Position numbers and translations under genes: made by a program. From assembly GCA_036172245.1 (NCBI GenBank), contig JAYWIR010000006.1, positions 4,092,001 to 4,156,000 of the forward strand: a DNA stretch of 64,000 bases, read 5' to 3'. The notes below the pieces were generated by a model. It searched no databases. It saw only the letters and a program-made list of their open reading frames with translations, and was not told the origin of the DNA. This document shows, in pieces, positions 1-13,279 of this stretch (position 1 is its first letter; the number at the start of each line of letters is the position of its first letter). The stretch is from Raillietiella orientalis. Lineage: Eukaryota.

Positions 1-2315
1 CGTGAGTGGATACTTGGCGTGGCTAAGCCATGAGGTGGTTTCGAGTAATTTCCGAGGGCTTCCTCGTCGTGAATTCGTGAACTGTGGTTGAAAGGCTGAG
101 TGATGGGGAGCGCCTCCACGTCAGCTGGGAGGCGTTCGCGGCAAAGGTGGTGTTGCCAGAGCAGAAACGTGTGCCGGGATGGCGGGTTGAGGAATCAGAA
201 GAAGGATCGAGCCCGACACAGCAGTTTCTCCTCCTGTCCACATGTAAAGTTTACCAAAGCAAAATTTTCTGTTTTTTTGAACCCAGATGCAACCTGCCTT
301 CCTAAGGAGTGTGTTTGTGTGTCTTTGTGTTACGTGTTGCGCTTGCGGTGCCGTGGTCGTTACGACGTAATTCTTTTAATTTCAAGGGTTTCCCCTGCTG
401 GTTTCTGCAGAATTTTCCACTCGTGGCTGCATTGTGCACGCCTCGGATGTGGAATTTCATGAGATATCTCCAAGATCCGTTTTTTTCAGATTTGCATTAA
501 GTTGTGTTACATGTGAGGTAATGCTAGTACTCAATTTAGCAAAAACAGATCGTTTTTTCCTCTCTCTTCCTCTCCTCTTTGCAATTTTGATGGGTTGTGG
601 GTTTCTCGCTGTTGTAACTGTTGTAACTTCGGGTGTTTTCTGTACTTTTGTTTTTTTCTTTGGCCTTTTCTCTTTTTGAAGAATGAACGCTCCTTGTCCC
701 CGGAGCACCCCGTGTGACGACCACCCGGATGACTCAGCAACTGCGCTCTAATGCCTCCTGCAGGAATGGGAATTCATATCTGGAAGTGGAAACGGGAAAC
801 TTATAGGTCAAAATTCATGACCAAGGAGAGAGAAGAAAAAAAAAAAAAATGTTTTCTCACGAGTCCCGGGCTGTATTTTACGGTTATGAGAGGGTGTATA
901 ATTAGGGGCACATCCAGGTGTGATGTTTTGTTGTATGATTTATGACTGAAATCAGTTGCAACCAACTAGGAACGAGTTCTTCAAGGTACCTCCCTGACTG
1001 ATTGTTCTATAAGAGCAGAAGGGTGCCAAAATAAAAATCGAGTAAATGACCCTGTTAGGATTTTAGAAAGTAGGGCCAAGTTTCATATTTCCCACTATAG
1101 GACTGCGATGTGTGGAAAAATATTACAGTACTTACAAATATTTTTTGCCATGATTGTTACTTCTGTGGTCACATATGATCTCTGTGAACACTTTTTTGTT
1201 TATAAGGTGAATATTCAGAAATGTGATATCGTTTGAGGAGTGTTCCAAAAAGCAGGATGATTACAGGTTTTCATCACTTGCAACAAATTCTGTAGTCAGG
1301 TTTGTGTGGAAAATGCATAAAAAACATTTCATCAGAATTGGTTAAGGAATTAATTTCGAGTCTGCTTTAAATTATAGCCAATTTATAACTGTTGCTGGTT
1401 GGGTTGTAAAGTACAGGCTTGCATGTAGCAAAACCACTTTCCAGTTACCTAAAGTTTATACCTATATGGGAATGCATAAGCATTTATTAGTCAGAATCGC
1501 ACAAGTCTGATTTAGGGTCATTCTTCCATATAGGTTCATTCCAGAAGAGAAAAGGAAATGAACACATATTTTGAATATGCTCAGTTTTATTCAAAGTTGA
1601 GGAGTTGTATAAAAAGATTATTTTTCTCTCGAAATATTTGAAGTTATTGATTATCCAACTTTTATTTGGAATCATTTCACCATAAGTCATGATTTCACAA
1701 ACATTCTTTGCATGGCAAATAGCCTTAGAGAAGTTGGCTGATGGTAAGTGAATTATGTGATTAAGTAATCTTACAAGAGCATGTAGTGCAAGTTATGTAA
1801 ATGGCAGTGTAGCTTGCATTTCCTACCATTTCCCATATTGGAAAATGAGCAAAAGGGAAGAATTTATTTGCTTGTTTTCTCAAAATATAATTGCAAATTG
1901 CATGAAAACAAGATTGATTTAATTAACATTAATGCCAAATTTATGTTCGTTTTTTAAGATTTTGCTTTTCAGTTAAAAACTCAAAGAAAGAAATGTCAGT
2001 TTGGGCAAGCATAGACAATAGCAGTTGATGTGAAAGTTATATATGAAAGTTTGTCATAGCTGAATCAAAATGTGCTTGTCTTATTAGGTTTATATTGCTG
2101 TAAAATTTGCTGCCGGATCAGTTGTATTCTGTGGTTCTGTGTGCTTGTGGTTGATTGTGACATGAGAGCAACTGAGTTGATTCTTTTTTCAGATCCATTT
2201 CCTTTGATTATGGACCTGTTTTTGGACCTTTGCAACTTTTGGACAGTTCGTGGAAGTATTTAGGAGATGATTCAGATAATCCAAAAATTAAGGCATTATA
2301 TTTTTAGTCAAGAGA

Positions 2316-5300
2316 ATGGATAAATGGATGGGTATGAAGATTCTTTTAGTATGCACTTTTATTTTATGTGGACAAGGTAAGAAAAATACAAGTTTTGATC
2401 TCTTAAGAAATGGTACACAGGTGGTAAAGGTGCTGATGTTATTGACACAAATGATGAAAATGCTATCTTTTGTAAAGACTTGATCAATAAGAATACATGG
2501 AACAGTGATCAGCAGTACTCGTGTTCAAACATTTCTGTCCACAGAAATAGCAAGTAAGTGATACAAGAGGTACTTAATAATGGTACTGTAGATTTTTTTT
2601 ATTTTCAACATTAAATGGAAAAATCACTGTAATAAATGCAGAAAGTGGTCATACTGTCTGGTCATTGGAGACACAGCCTGGTCCTTTACTTGTTTCCAGT
2701 TTAAGCAAAACTGAGGTATTATTTTGAGAAAAATAACCATCATTTGAAAAATACATTGTTTGTTTGTGGCATTTGTGGATATAAATCTATCTTCATAAAG
2801 TTATCAGTATCACTTTAAATAGAAAATCCATCCTTGCTTGTCCAGTCTTTAATCAATTTAGTTCATTGTTTGTTTTGTAATTTCTGAGAAAATTTATTAT
2901 TGTGTTATGTACTTTCTATTTTGCTCAGAAACTTTGATTGCATGGTTTTATTTGTTTAGTTTAAGGAAAACTCAATTCAAGTAAACTGAACTGTTTATGC
3001 TAGTTTTTTTTTTTTCTTGTGGCTTACAACTGATTTATATTTTAGCATAGTTAGAGTGAAGTTTTCAGTTGTCTGTTGCATCTTTCTGTTAAGTAAGGCA
3101 TGTTATATATTTTAGTTTGTAAAATATTTTTTATTCTGCATCTCTGTTTAGTGTTCATGGCTTACTTAGTTCACTGGTTCTTCCATTTTGGGCAATAGGG
3201 TGTTGCTATCGAGTCTCAGAACATCAGACATCAAGATATACAAACCATTGGAAAGAAAAAAAAATAAAAGCCATTAGATGAATGAACTTTTGAAATTAAA
3301 AAAAACCTAATGGAAAGACCTAAACCAGAATTGTATGCCTCTTTACATTAGGTTTGGTGTTTAATTCATATTTTTTAAACAACAGAGATACAAATTCGTG
3401 AAAAAGCATTTGATTTGTCTCTTAGCATCAGATTAAAAAGCATCTCGTCTATAATGATTATCTTCATGTTGTGCTTTTTTTATAATCATCAGCTTAAGGT
3501 CTTTGTGCTTGGAAATAGAAGCAACTATTTAGATTCCCATCAGAGAATCAGTAGTCTGTTTCATCTGACGGTTTCTTTGTGATCTAGAAGCATCGAAAAT
3601 GGTCATCGCATTTATTCATGATCAACTAAATAGTCAAAAACGAAAAATGCTTTTTGGTTCACAAGTTGGGTCATATTTCATTATTGTGGCCAGAAGTGTT
3701 TTCTATTCTATCCATTTTTTTGATCATTATTGTTGTTTTTGTTTTTGTCCTGACGGTTTCCTTTGTCTGAGGTGCTCCAAATCTCCAAATCATAACAAAA
3801 GGTAGATGTGAAGTAGTCGTTAAATTTTGATCCTTTTTTTTGTTGACAAATGTTTGTTTTTTCCCATCTCTCCCTCAGCTTTCATTTAACAAAGTAAATA
3901 GGGTGTGTGTTTGGCGAGTTATGCATTATTGAAAGACATCGAACTGAGATTTAAGTGAAACTCTTTTCTGTGAAACTCTTGGTATCCTCTTGGGTGTTCT
4001 TCATAAATGCATTTTGGGTTTGTATTGGCATATTTTGAAACCCAGATGGTACATACTCGTGTATGCTTTTCTAAATAAACTGGTCCAGCCTCTTTCATGG
4101 ATCGTTTTGTTTTGTTTTGTTTTGGAGTCGGAACTCAAACAGTGTAAACATATCTTCTTATGCTGATGAGCTTGGACACTGAAATTCAGTGTAAAGCTGC
4201 ATTTTCTTTTCAAATAAAGCCATGGTGAAGTTCGCTCTCGTTAAAAGCCTTCATTGTATGGTCATTCTAGTTTTTTGCTGAAATAGTCTTTGGTTATGTT
4301 GAGATGGCAGTCTAGGAAAAATGTACTGGCTATCAATCCGAAAAGCACAAAGCCTTTTTCTTCTAACACTGGTTCCTTTCTTTTGACACTGGTTTGTAAA
4401 CCAGTGAGCACATTAATGAAGATCCATCCATTTGTGTGTGAATTTCAATCCCAACAAACAAAGTGACTTCCGTTTTTTGATGCACAAAAAAAAAAAAAAG
4501 CTAAAAACAAAAGGCTTCTGATGCAGCTTCCAATGCAGATTTTCCCACGTGAGCAGGTTCTTGTAAGCTCTATTAGTAGCAAGCAATTTCACTGCAAGTT
4601 GGTATTGTGAAATAATTAACATTGCCCTAGGAAGCAAATGATGAGCTTTTGATTGGGAAAGGTTTTAAAAGTCTACCTCTGTCATTCATTTATAAATGTG
4701 GGCCCCTGATTTTCCAGAGTTTGGATAATCCTTGTCTGAACTTTTGAGCATGTTGTCTGAAGCACCCATGTCTAAGATGTGAGAGGAATTCAAGCTATTT
4801 ATTTATGTATTCCTCATTTCTTGTCTTTCGCTGTTGTGGAATTTTTTGTTTTATTGTTTTCAAGTGAAGTTTTGAAGTTTGCTGTTGCTACCATCAGATT
4901 GAGAAGCCCTTTTTTTTTTCTTTTTCTAGTCCTTTAATCATGATCAGTGGTTTTGGCTCATACCATCATTGCAAGGAGACATCTACAAATTTGATGGTGT
5001 TTCCCTTCAACCCATCCAGCTGTCTGCTGAACATTTGCTTGATTCCTTGCCTGTTGAAGAGGACCTCGTTTTCACAGGTTAAAAACTATTTCAATGAAAT
5101 ATTCGAGTTTGTGTAATTTCGTCAATATTAGGCGGTAAAGATATCCAAACATACGGCATTTATGCCTATACTGGGAAAATGCACTATGTATGCTCATCTG
5201 AAGGCTGTTCGTTTGGGAGCGACAAAGAGATCCCACCAGATAGTGATCTTATTGTGATTAAGCGTTCCACAAAGATTGTTCGTGCTATACAGTCTCGAAC

Positions 5301-8300
5301 AGGTTCCGAAAAGTAAAATGATAATACAGATATCTGTGTACTGTTGTGGACTTCTTAGGTGGAACTTTAGTGTAGGCAGTCATGATGTCAGGTTTGCTCC
5401 AGAATACGGCGATATTCCTTGCCCGCCATTCAGAGATTCTAACCTACCATTGTCCTCCAATCACATCAAGTCTGATGTGTCTGTCAGACTTTTGGTTTCT
5501 CAAGGGGTAATTCTTGGTGTCAGGGATGGTGGACACACTGTCCTATGGCAGCACACTGTGAGTTGTATTTCCATCATCATATTAATCATTTGGGTTTAGT
5601 TGAATAATCCTATTGAGGCTGCATGGAGTTTGGAGTTGGGCTCTTTGCAGCCACTGGATATATTTGATTTAAGTCTGGAAAACTTACCATCATCTTCACT
5701 CTATCTGGGAATTTATCAAAATCAGGTAGGTGGAAAGAATATTGATGGTAATGCTGTGCGCAGTTATATGTACAACAGAATCTTCAGTGGACCAGCGTAA
5801 TACTTTCTAGCAGTAGTCGCACGCAATTGCCTGCACCAGTTTATGAATTTGACAGGTCATCTGTTCAGCATCCACCTCTTCCAAAAACAGAACTAAGCTT
5901 GTTACCGACAGCATTGTCTTTGTGGTCTCCAAAAGGTCCCTTTCATCACAAAATAAAGTGCCCTTTGCAGACTGCTAGCACCACTCCTAATTTCACAATC
6001 AATGAAGACCCTGATTCACCAGTCCAAGTGATGATCATCTCCATGTGGTATTGGTGGTATGTACAAGAAGACCACTTCTTCCACCAGGCGTGGGAATGGT
6101 TTGTTTCGTAGGAAAGAGATCCTTGCTGTCAGTGTTGTGTTGACCTGCGTTGTGAATTTATTTGTGGCCGGAACTTTAGTTCCAAAGTGGCGTAAGCAGG
6201 TTGCTGAGGAAACACTGCAGTGCTTGCTCCTGAGGCTGAAGCATAAGGTTTGTATTCGAGTTTTGTGTGCTCGCTCGCCGTTCCTGATCGCTGAATTGGA
6301 CAAAGAAATCAGTCGCAAACCACCACGTGGTTCGTTTCCCCACTATCAGTTCGGCTTTCCTGCAGCTGTTGTGTGTGCTGTTTGAGCATTTCTGTTTTTC
6401 CCTTCCGTCGGAACGAAATTCCATTAAAATACCTGCGTTCTGTTACTTGTTAATCAGAAGTGCAAGGCTCCGCTTACTTTGGAAAAAAAGGGATCCCCAA
6501 GCAAAAAGTGAAGGTGAACAGACTGTGTCTTGTGGTCCTTTAATTGCTGATTGCGGAAACTCCGCCCTCGGACCTTGTAATGTTCTTTTTGTGTGTGTGT
6601 TTTGTTTTCCTTTCGCACGTGTACTGTTTTGGCGACCACCCTCGGATGTATTCGTGAAAGTTGTCTATCGTGAGCCCGAATTAAGGGGCACCGTGCACCT
6701 CTGGATAGGAATAATCGCAACGCGAATGCACCTCCCTCGCGAACCTTGTGCAGTCTTGTGGAACGTTGGCATCCGAGTCTTCTGTCCTCAGCATCCTAGA
6801 TACCCTCTTTGGTTAAGCAGGGTCGGCGGGTGCTGCACGTGCCTTCGCGCATGGAAGAACGAATCAGTGAGCAACGCTTCAGAGGTTCCGAGCTCGTGTT
6901 GCTCAGTTGAGGATTTCATCTGTTTTGCACGTGTTGTCGGTGTGTTGTCTCCCACCCCCTTCTCCCTTTCGTCCCCTACGGGGAAGTGCATCAAGCATCC
7001 GGCGGTTTTGGGCTTGGCATTTCCATTTTCGTGCCCTTTGGAAGCTCAGGGATGGCCGGTGAAGATGGATTGAATCGAAAGCATCTCGCGACTTTTGAAG
7101 TGTTCCCGCTATGTGACTTCTGCAACTGCGTGCGTCCGAAATTAGTCGTTTCGGGTGTGCAAAGTACTTTCGGTATAGCACCAGATTGTTTTTAAAGGGT
7201 TCTTCCGGGAAGATGGTTTTCAGCGTGTGTCGTCCGTGTAGGGCCTGGCCATCGTGCAGAAGAGCAAGCTTCCATCCGAATCCTCCAGCGCATCGCTGTC
7301 GCACTCTCAGAACAACGGGACGGAGTTCAAGTCACGGTACCTGTCTGATTTCGAACCCCTGCACTGCCTCGGACGAGGTGGCTTCGGCGTCGTCTTCGAG
7401 GCACGCAACAAGATAGACGATTGCCACTACGCGATCAAGCGCATCTGCCTCCCCAACAAGTAGGTGGATTCTCTTCCCCCCCCCTCCCCGTCCATTCATT
7501 CGTCATTTTTCGCAACAGAGAGAAATCGCGTGGCAGCGTTCTGCAAGAGGTCAAGACCTTGGCCAAGCTGGACCATCATCACATTGTTCGCTACTTCAAC
7601 GCGTGGATCGAGGAACCTCCCAAGGGGTGGCACGAAAGAGCCGACCTTTGGTGGCGCGATAAGTACGCGGGTGAAGCAGTGGAAATATGGCCGTCTGCGG
7701 TTCCTTCTTTCAGCAGCGAAAGCGCTGCCATCAGCTGGTTGCTGCACAGCCCAAGGATGATGGCGTCGTGCAATAATAATCTGAAAGACCACTGTCCACC
7801 AGAGAGTTTGGATTCCCTCTCTTCTTCGTCGTTGCCTTCTCCCGAGTCCGCAGACGACGATTCGTTCATCGAGTTCAGACATTCGGTCCAGAAGCTAAAA
7901 ACACCAGAGGCTTCTGTCCCGCATTCCATCACCTCGTCGTCCTCATTGCCCTCGGTTTTCGGAGTAGACTCTCCCGTTTTCCTCTACATTCAGATGCAGC
8001 TGTGCCGTAAGGAAAGTCTCCGAGACTGGCTCATGAAAAACACGGTCGAGAGGGACAAAACACTGGTAGGCCGGCGGTTCTTTTCCCACGCTCCCCTTGA
8101 GCACCGTTTCAGGTGCTAAACCTGTTCCAGCAGATCCTCCTTGCTGTTGAGTACCTGCATTCCCATGGGATGATACACAGGGACCTGAAACCCTCCAACA
8201 TTTTCTTCGCCCTTGATGGCACCATCAAAGTGGGCGATTTCGGTTTGGTGATGGACATGCAAGCGACATTCGAGGGTGACGCTCATCCCGGTGGAGACTA

Positions 8301-8607
8301 CTCGAGCTGGAGCAAGCACCAAGTAGGCACGGACATCTACATGAGTCCCGAGCAAATCCAGGGCTGTTCCTACGATTGCACTGTGGACATATATGCGTTA
8401 GGGTTGGTGTTCTTTGAGCTGCTCGTGCCCTTCGTGACCCAGATGCAGCGAGTTCACTGTCTTAAAGAGATTCGCAACCATTGCTTTCCCGGCGATTTCT
8501 GTATTGCCTATCCGAAAGAGCTGCAGCTGCTGAAAAGAATGCTGTCCTCTTCCCCAGCCCAGCGCCCATCCGCTGTTGACATCCGGAATGCTCTTCTAGT
8601 CACTTGA
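2316..8607 (+). CDS. EIF2AK3: PERK / eIF2-alpha kinase 3, 12 exons, about 880 aa
   Basis: Exons 2316-2376, 2421-2553, 2592-2715, 4930-5077, 5132-5312, 5359-5557, 5600-5725, 5764-6056, 6112-6247, 7260-7459, 7519-8065, 8113-8607. All introns are GT-AG and the total of 2643 nt stays in frame. Signal peptide ([13 protein letters not shown]), IRE1/PERK luminal motifs ([36 protein letters not shown]), TM segment after SMWYWWKEI, kinase [28 protein letters not shown], acidic insert, [28 protein letters not shown]. The 6247/7260 junction is the least certain. Confidence 0.93.
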
Positions 8608-10525
8608 TCCTGAAAAAGAGTGTGTGGTCTTGGAGAGAGAACCGTTCACCAGTGCCAGCTGCCTCTTCGATCGCTTCCTTGCACTTGGCACACGCGATAC
8701 TTGATTCCCTCAATGCGGCTTCCACGGCCACACAGTTGAATTTGATGAGAAGGTCAAGTTCTAGCTCGGAGGCCGCAACTGGAAGAGGAGTCTGTCCTTT
8801 AAAATACACAAACAAAAACACATCAGCCATTTACCCCTTAGTCTTTCTGTTTCTTGTAACCATTGGTTCATGTTTTGCTCCAGTTTTTCTATTTGTTTCA
8901 ATTCGTCATCCATGTGCTGAGTAGACATGTGCGCAGTGACTGGTGGGGTTCTGCCGAGTAATACAGCTGTATTTTATGTACGGACCTGTGTATTTCAATC
9001 TCACTGAAATCCGACACGTTCGTGAATTGTCGACTGCTGGGGAACTGTGTGAACCGCACCCGTGAAAAAAGCGGGCTTTCACGAGTGCTAAAAGCATGGG
9101 ATATTCGTTACGGAAAGAACAGCGGGGAAGACCATTCTGTTTGGTAAACACGTGTGCACTGTGTGCATGTACGTATATTTGTGGGGGGGGGGGGGGCGGG
9201 GGGGGTTGTGGTTCCCCCACAGAATCATTTCAGGACGGAACTTCGTGTTTGGCATGCCGCTGTGACCGGCTGCAGTTTTTACCCGCACTGGGAACTCCAC
9301 GCGCCGACTCCCTCCCCCCCGCGAGCAGACGCACATCCGTTGCTGTCGTACGCAAGTGACAAGCAGTCACGTTACCACCGTGCCGTTCTCCAAATTGCGC
9401 TGTGCACATCGTGCAAAGCCTGCAAAAAGGAAGGTAATCCGAACGAGGGCGCCTCCGCCGTTCGTGTGGGCAAAACCGAAAACGGGAAGCAATGCCCGCA
9501 CCATGAAAGGAAAAAAAAAGAAACGCGAGCGCCGGCCGAGGCGGGTCCAGCTTTCGACCCCCTTGCATTGGGGGGGAGCAGGCGATTGCGCGCGGGATAC
9601 GGCGACGGCGGAGCGCTTCCCAGCGAAAAGGGACGACGGGATACGGAACGGTGCAGAGCCGAGAGGGACTCGTCGTCCATCGGGAAGGATGATGAGCTGG
9701 GTTCCGAAACGGCAAAGTGGGTTGGTTTGCGCGCCAAGATCCGTCTGGGTGGAAGCGAAATTCCCAATCGCTGTAGCTTGAGTGCAGAACCAACCAGAAT
9801 AGGGATGGGTGCAAGCTTTTGCGGGAGACCGGGAGCCCTCAAAGCGGGTGATGCAGCGGCGGGCCAGAGGAGCCCCTACCCCCTCCTGACGGAGAAAGGC
9901 ACCTTGAAAGAGTGCGAAAGCTGGCGTCCATCGAAGAAGACTTCCGTGGATGAGAACCCACCACCCAGAAAACTTGATCGCCCCAACTTTCCGGCTCCAG
10001 CCAGGAAAACACCAACTTCGTGACTCTGTGAACTTTCACAGTTGCCCTGCCTCGACAGCGTGTAAGAGACGATACAAAAAATTATCGTTTCGTTGTGGCG
10101 TAGAAACACGCTCTTCCTTGGTTCTATTAAACTTGAGAATTTAGCCTCAAAAAGTTCCTTCTTTCTCTTCTCTTTTTTGCTTGCTACCGACTTGAACTTC
10201 CAAGGAAAGCAAAAGGGGGAAAGCAAAGAAAGTATGTAGCACAGGCTTTTTTTTCATTGGACGCGTAAACCAGCTTGTGGCATTATTTTTCCTTCTGGTG
10301 ACCCCCCCTCCCCCCATCTCCCCGTCCCCCCAAAGATCTTCCAGCAAAACCGTCGCAAGTGGAGCAAACCGCATCCAGCAGGCGGGGGTGGTGGTGCCGC
10401 ATCATCAGAACAAATGGGTGGCACAGAGCTAACCCGAGCGATCGGCTGGAAGGATTGCACCTCTCTACGTTGCAGGTCTCACAAAAAAGTAACCTTCCTT
10501 ATCTCCCGACAAGAGAGAGGGCAAA

Positions 10526-10548
10526 TGCTGCTGCTGCTGCTGCTGCTG
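10526..10548. repeat. (TGC)n microsatellite
   Basis: About 7.5 perfect units. Confidence 0.9.
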
Positions 10549-13231
10549 ACAGTGCAAAGTTCGTTTCTTGTCGATTCACAACACTTCGCAAATTCAACTC
10601 AAGGTGACCAAACTATTCAGCGCATTGGGCGTCCTTTTCGAAGTATAGTCCTGGTCACATTTTCTTTGTGTGGTACGTTGAACAGTTTCCAAGTTCCCGC
10701 TTTTTGTTCCTCGCTCCTTTGTTTTTTTTTTTTTTTTTTTGCCCTGCTTGAGAATTTGTATGCTAATCAGGAGAATAAAGCAGCATTGGAAAGCTCCTAA
10801 TTTTGTTTCCTCTATATCTGGTTTTCAGTTACGCGAGCTCATGCTTACTTGAAAACCAAGAAAGCTGAGTTCAAGAAGGAAATTGAAATCCAGTTCACTG
10901 GTTCTTGGGACGAGTTAAGCATGGCATTGTGAGTAAAGGTTGCAACGGAGAAAGTTTTTTCGGAAAAAATAAAATGAAATAGAAAGATCTATTACGGAAC
11001 GAAGCACCACATCGGCGCACCAGCATCACCAACTCATTTCAGGAACCGAAGACCAGAAGTTGGCGGAACCAGAAGTGCTTTCATCGAAATTATCGTAACC
11101 GTGAGAAATTTTCGCCTACGGGCACAACCATTTAAAAACACTTCGAGTTGCCAGAAGAAGAAGAAGGGGGAAAAAAAAAAGAAGCTTTTTTTGGGGGATT
11201 TTTTTTCACGAATGGGGGGGGGGGAAGAAAAGAAAAAAAGGCGGCGTTGCGCAGAATTATGCATAGAGTGTGCTGTTACTTGACTGCTTGTCAGACGGCT
11301 TGAAAAGTTGAAATGTTTTCCAATCACTTCCTCGTCGCAAACTTCCTCCTTTCCCGATGCCCGTGCTCACATGCTCGCAGCTTTCCCCGAGACTGCGAGA
11401 TCACTGGGAATCTGGGAATAGATGAGCATATTTTTAGCTCCCGTGGGAAGAAGAAGCTATTTCCTGATTTTTCGTCTGCGAGCCGTAGTGCGCAACATGG
11501 ACACCAAACACCACGACGTGATTGCGAAAGTGCTACTCCAGGGCAAAAATTTCGGGACGGGGAGGAAGGAAGAGAGGGGCGGGGGGGGGGGAGGAGGAAA
11601 TCAAGAAGGAATAGTCTTCACCTTATCGCAGGACCGGAATCTCGATTCCCAGCAGGAACTTGACGTGGAAGCGGGACTTCGAAACCCAACAGTCGGCAAA
11701 CGGACGCGTTTCGGCTGAAGAATCTCGAGGCAGTGCAGTAAAATGGAAGCAAAATTTTTTTCGTGATCGTCCACTTCAATCCCAAGGTTCGAATCAAGCT
11801 AAGCCTGGGATTAAAATGAACACAAGTGCGGGACTTATTTTTAAAATGGCATCGGTGGAGTAATGTCTCACCACTGGACTGGAAAACGAATCAAACTTTC
11901 AACACTGCACCCAGTTAAGCTAGCAAGCAAGCAAGCTTTCGAGCATGTCTCGTTCGAGAAGCAGAAACAAAAACTCCAACCGACATACTGCTTTCCATGC
12001 TTCTAAATAATTAACAGATATCAGCTAATTGCACATCAAGCAATTGGGTCGATGGCAGGATTTATCTCACACGTGAGAGCACTCGACAGAGGCTTATCAC
12101 TTGGGAGGATCTAGGCTTAACCACTGCCTCCCAAGAAGGAATTGTTTTCCTTTATCCATCTTGATCGCTTAAACTTGATATGTCCAAGTGTGTGCCCATT
12201 GCTCCCCCTTTTTTCTTTTCGCTGTGTGTTTTTCTAAAATCCTAGGTATTTCCACTGGATGATAAATAAAACGAATGTATCCGTAAATGATAGAGAGGAT
12301 GAAGGCAAATAAACAAGTCACGGGCATTAAGCATCGTGTCAGAAATGTCTGCTAACAGCTTTGGTACTTATTGTCACTGGAGCATTGCGTTAAAAAAAAT
12401 GATATCCATCTAGAAAATTGCAGTCACATTTCTGTCAAACCTGAGTTTGTGTTTTCGGATTCGTCACCGAGTCGAATCGCCATGATCCAAATCATAACGA
12501 GGGCTTTTATTTCTAAAACCAATGTAGAGGCGAAGCAAAATTCGATGTTTTCGGTGGCTTCTGAAACTGAAAGTCTTTTAAGAATAAATGGTTTGAGGGG
12601 TTTGGGTAATAGCGAGAAAATAAATAAATAATCGAAGGGTTTGAAGTAATAGGAAGAAAATTCATTGTGTAGTGCATCATCTAATAGTCGAAAATTTTTT
12701 GAAGAAACTGAATGACAGGGTGTGAAAACATCTCAAGTCCTCAATACATGCTAAACTTGATAAATAATTGTGTACATTGAGCTCTCTTTACCTTCCAAGT
12801 GAAATAATGTGCACGTGACTGCTTCCAATGACCTATGAAATGAATACCAAGTTTCATTTGTGGGTAGGGCTCCCACTTTGTTTTATTTATGTACGTTTCA
12901 CTTCACGTGCTGTTTTAAAATCTTATTTTATGAACGGCCCTTTGCTCTTTTTTTCTGTTGTCAGAATGGCGTGTTTCAAAATTTCGATTGCACAGCGATC
13001 GTAAAATAAACTTGTGTAACTTAACTCTGGAAATAACCTAATTATGTAACTGCTGTAACAGCACAATTCTTCCTAAGGTTTGGACAAAATTATGGTACAA
13101 GTTCTGGATTCTTTAAGAAGAGTTCCATGCATGAGGTTGTTCAAAAATTGAAGGTTCAAGTGAAAATAGTGGAAAGCTGAATGGGAAGTTGAAATTTCTG
13201 CTCAACCAATACAATCAGATAAATAGAGATC

Positions 13232-13279
13232 TTTCGCTTGATTGGAATTGAGGACTGTAAACGTCCTGATTACAAGTGA
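13232..13279. repeat. 48-bp dispersed repeat, copy 1
   Basis: TTTCGCTTGATTGGAATTGAGGACTGTAAACGTCCTGATTACAAGTGA, 47/48 identical to 16217-16264. Confidence 0.9.

Noticed and set aside
84..305. ORF containing FLLLST as PERK exon 1, joined by a non-canonical AT-AC or GT-AT intron to LNGKIT near 2610
   Set aside because: Exon 2592-2715 carries its own FLFSTLNG with canonical sites, and a signal-peptide exon exists at 2316. The match is coincidental.
6327..7073. 248-aa ORF
   Set aside because: It lies in PERK intron 9, has no recognisable domain, and long frames are expected in GC-rich DNA.
9154..10023. 289-aa ORF and overlapping antisense ORFs
   Set aside because: Low-complexity GC-rich DNA with homopolymer runs, open on both strands, and no motif.
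13245..13275. SECIS reading of the 48-bp repeat
   Set aside because: The helix above the GA pairs is 4 bp rather than about 11-13, and no selenoprotein 3' UTR is nearby.
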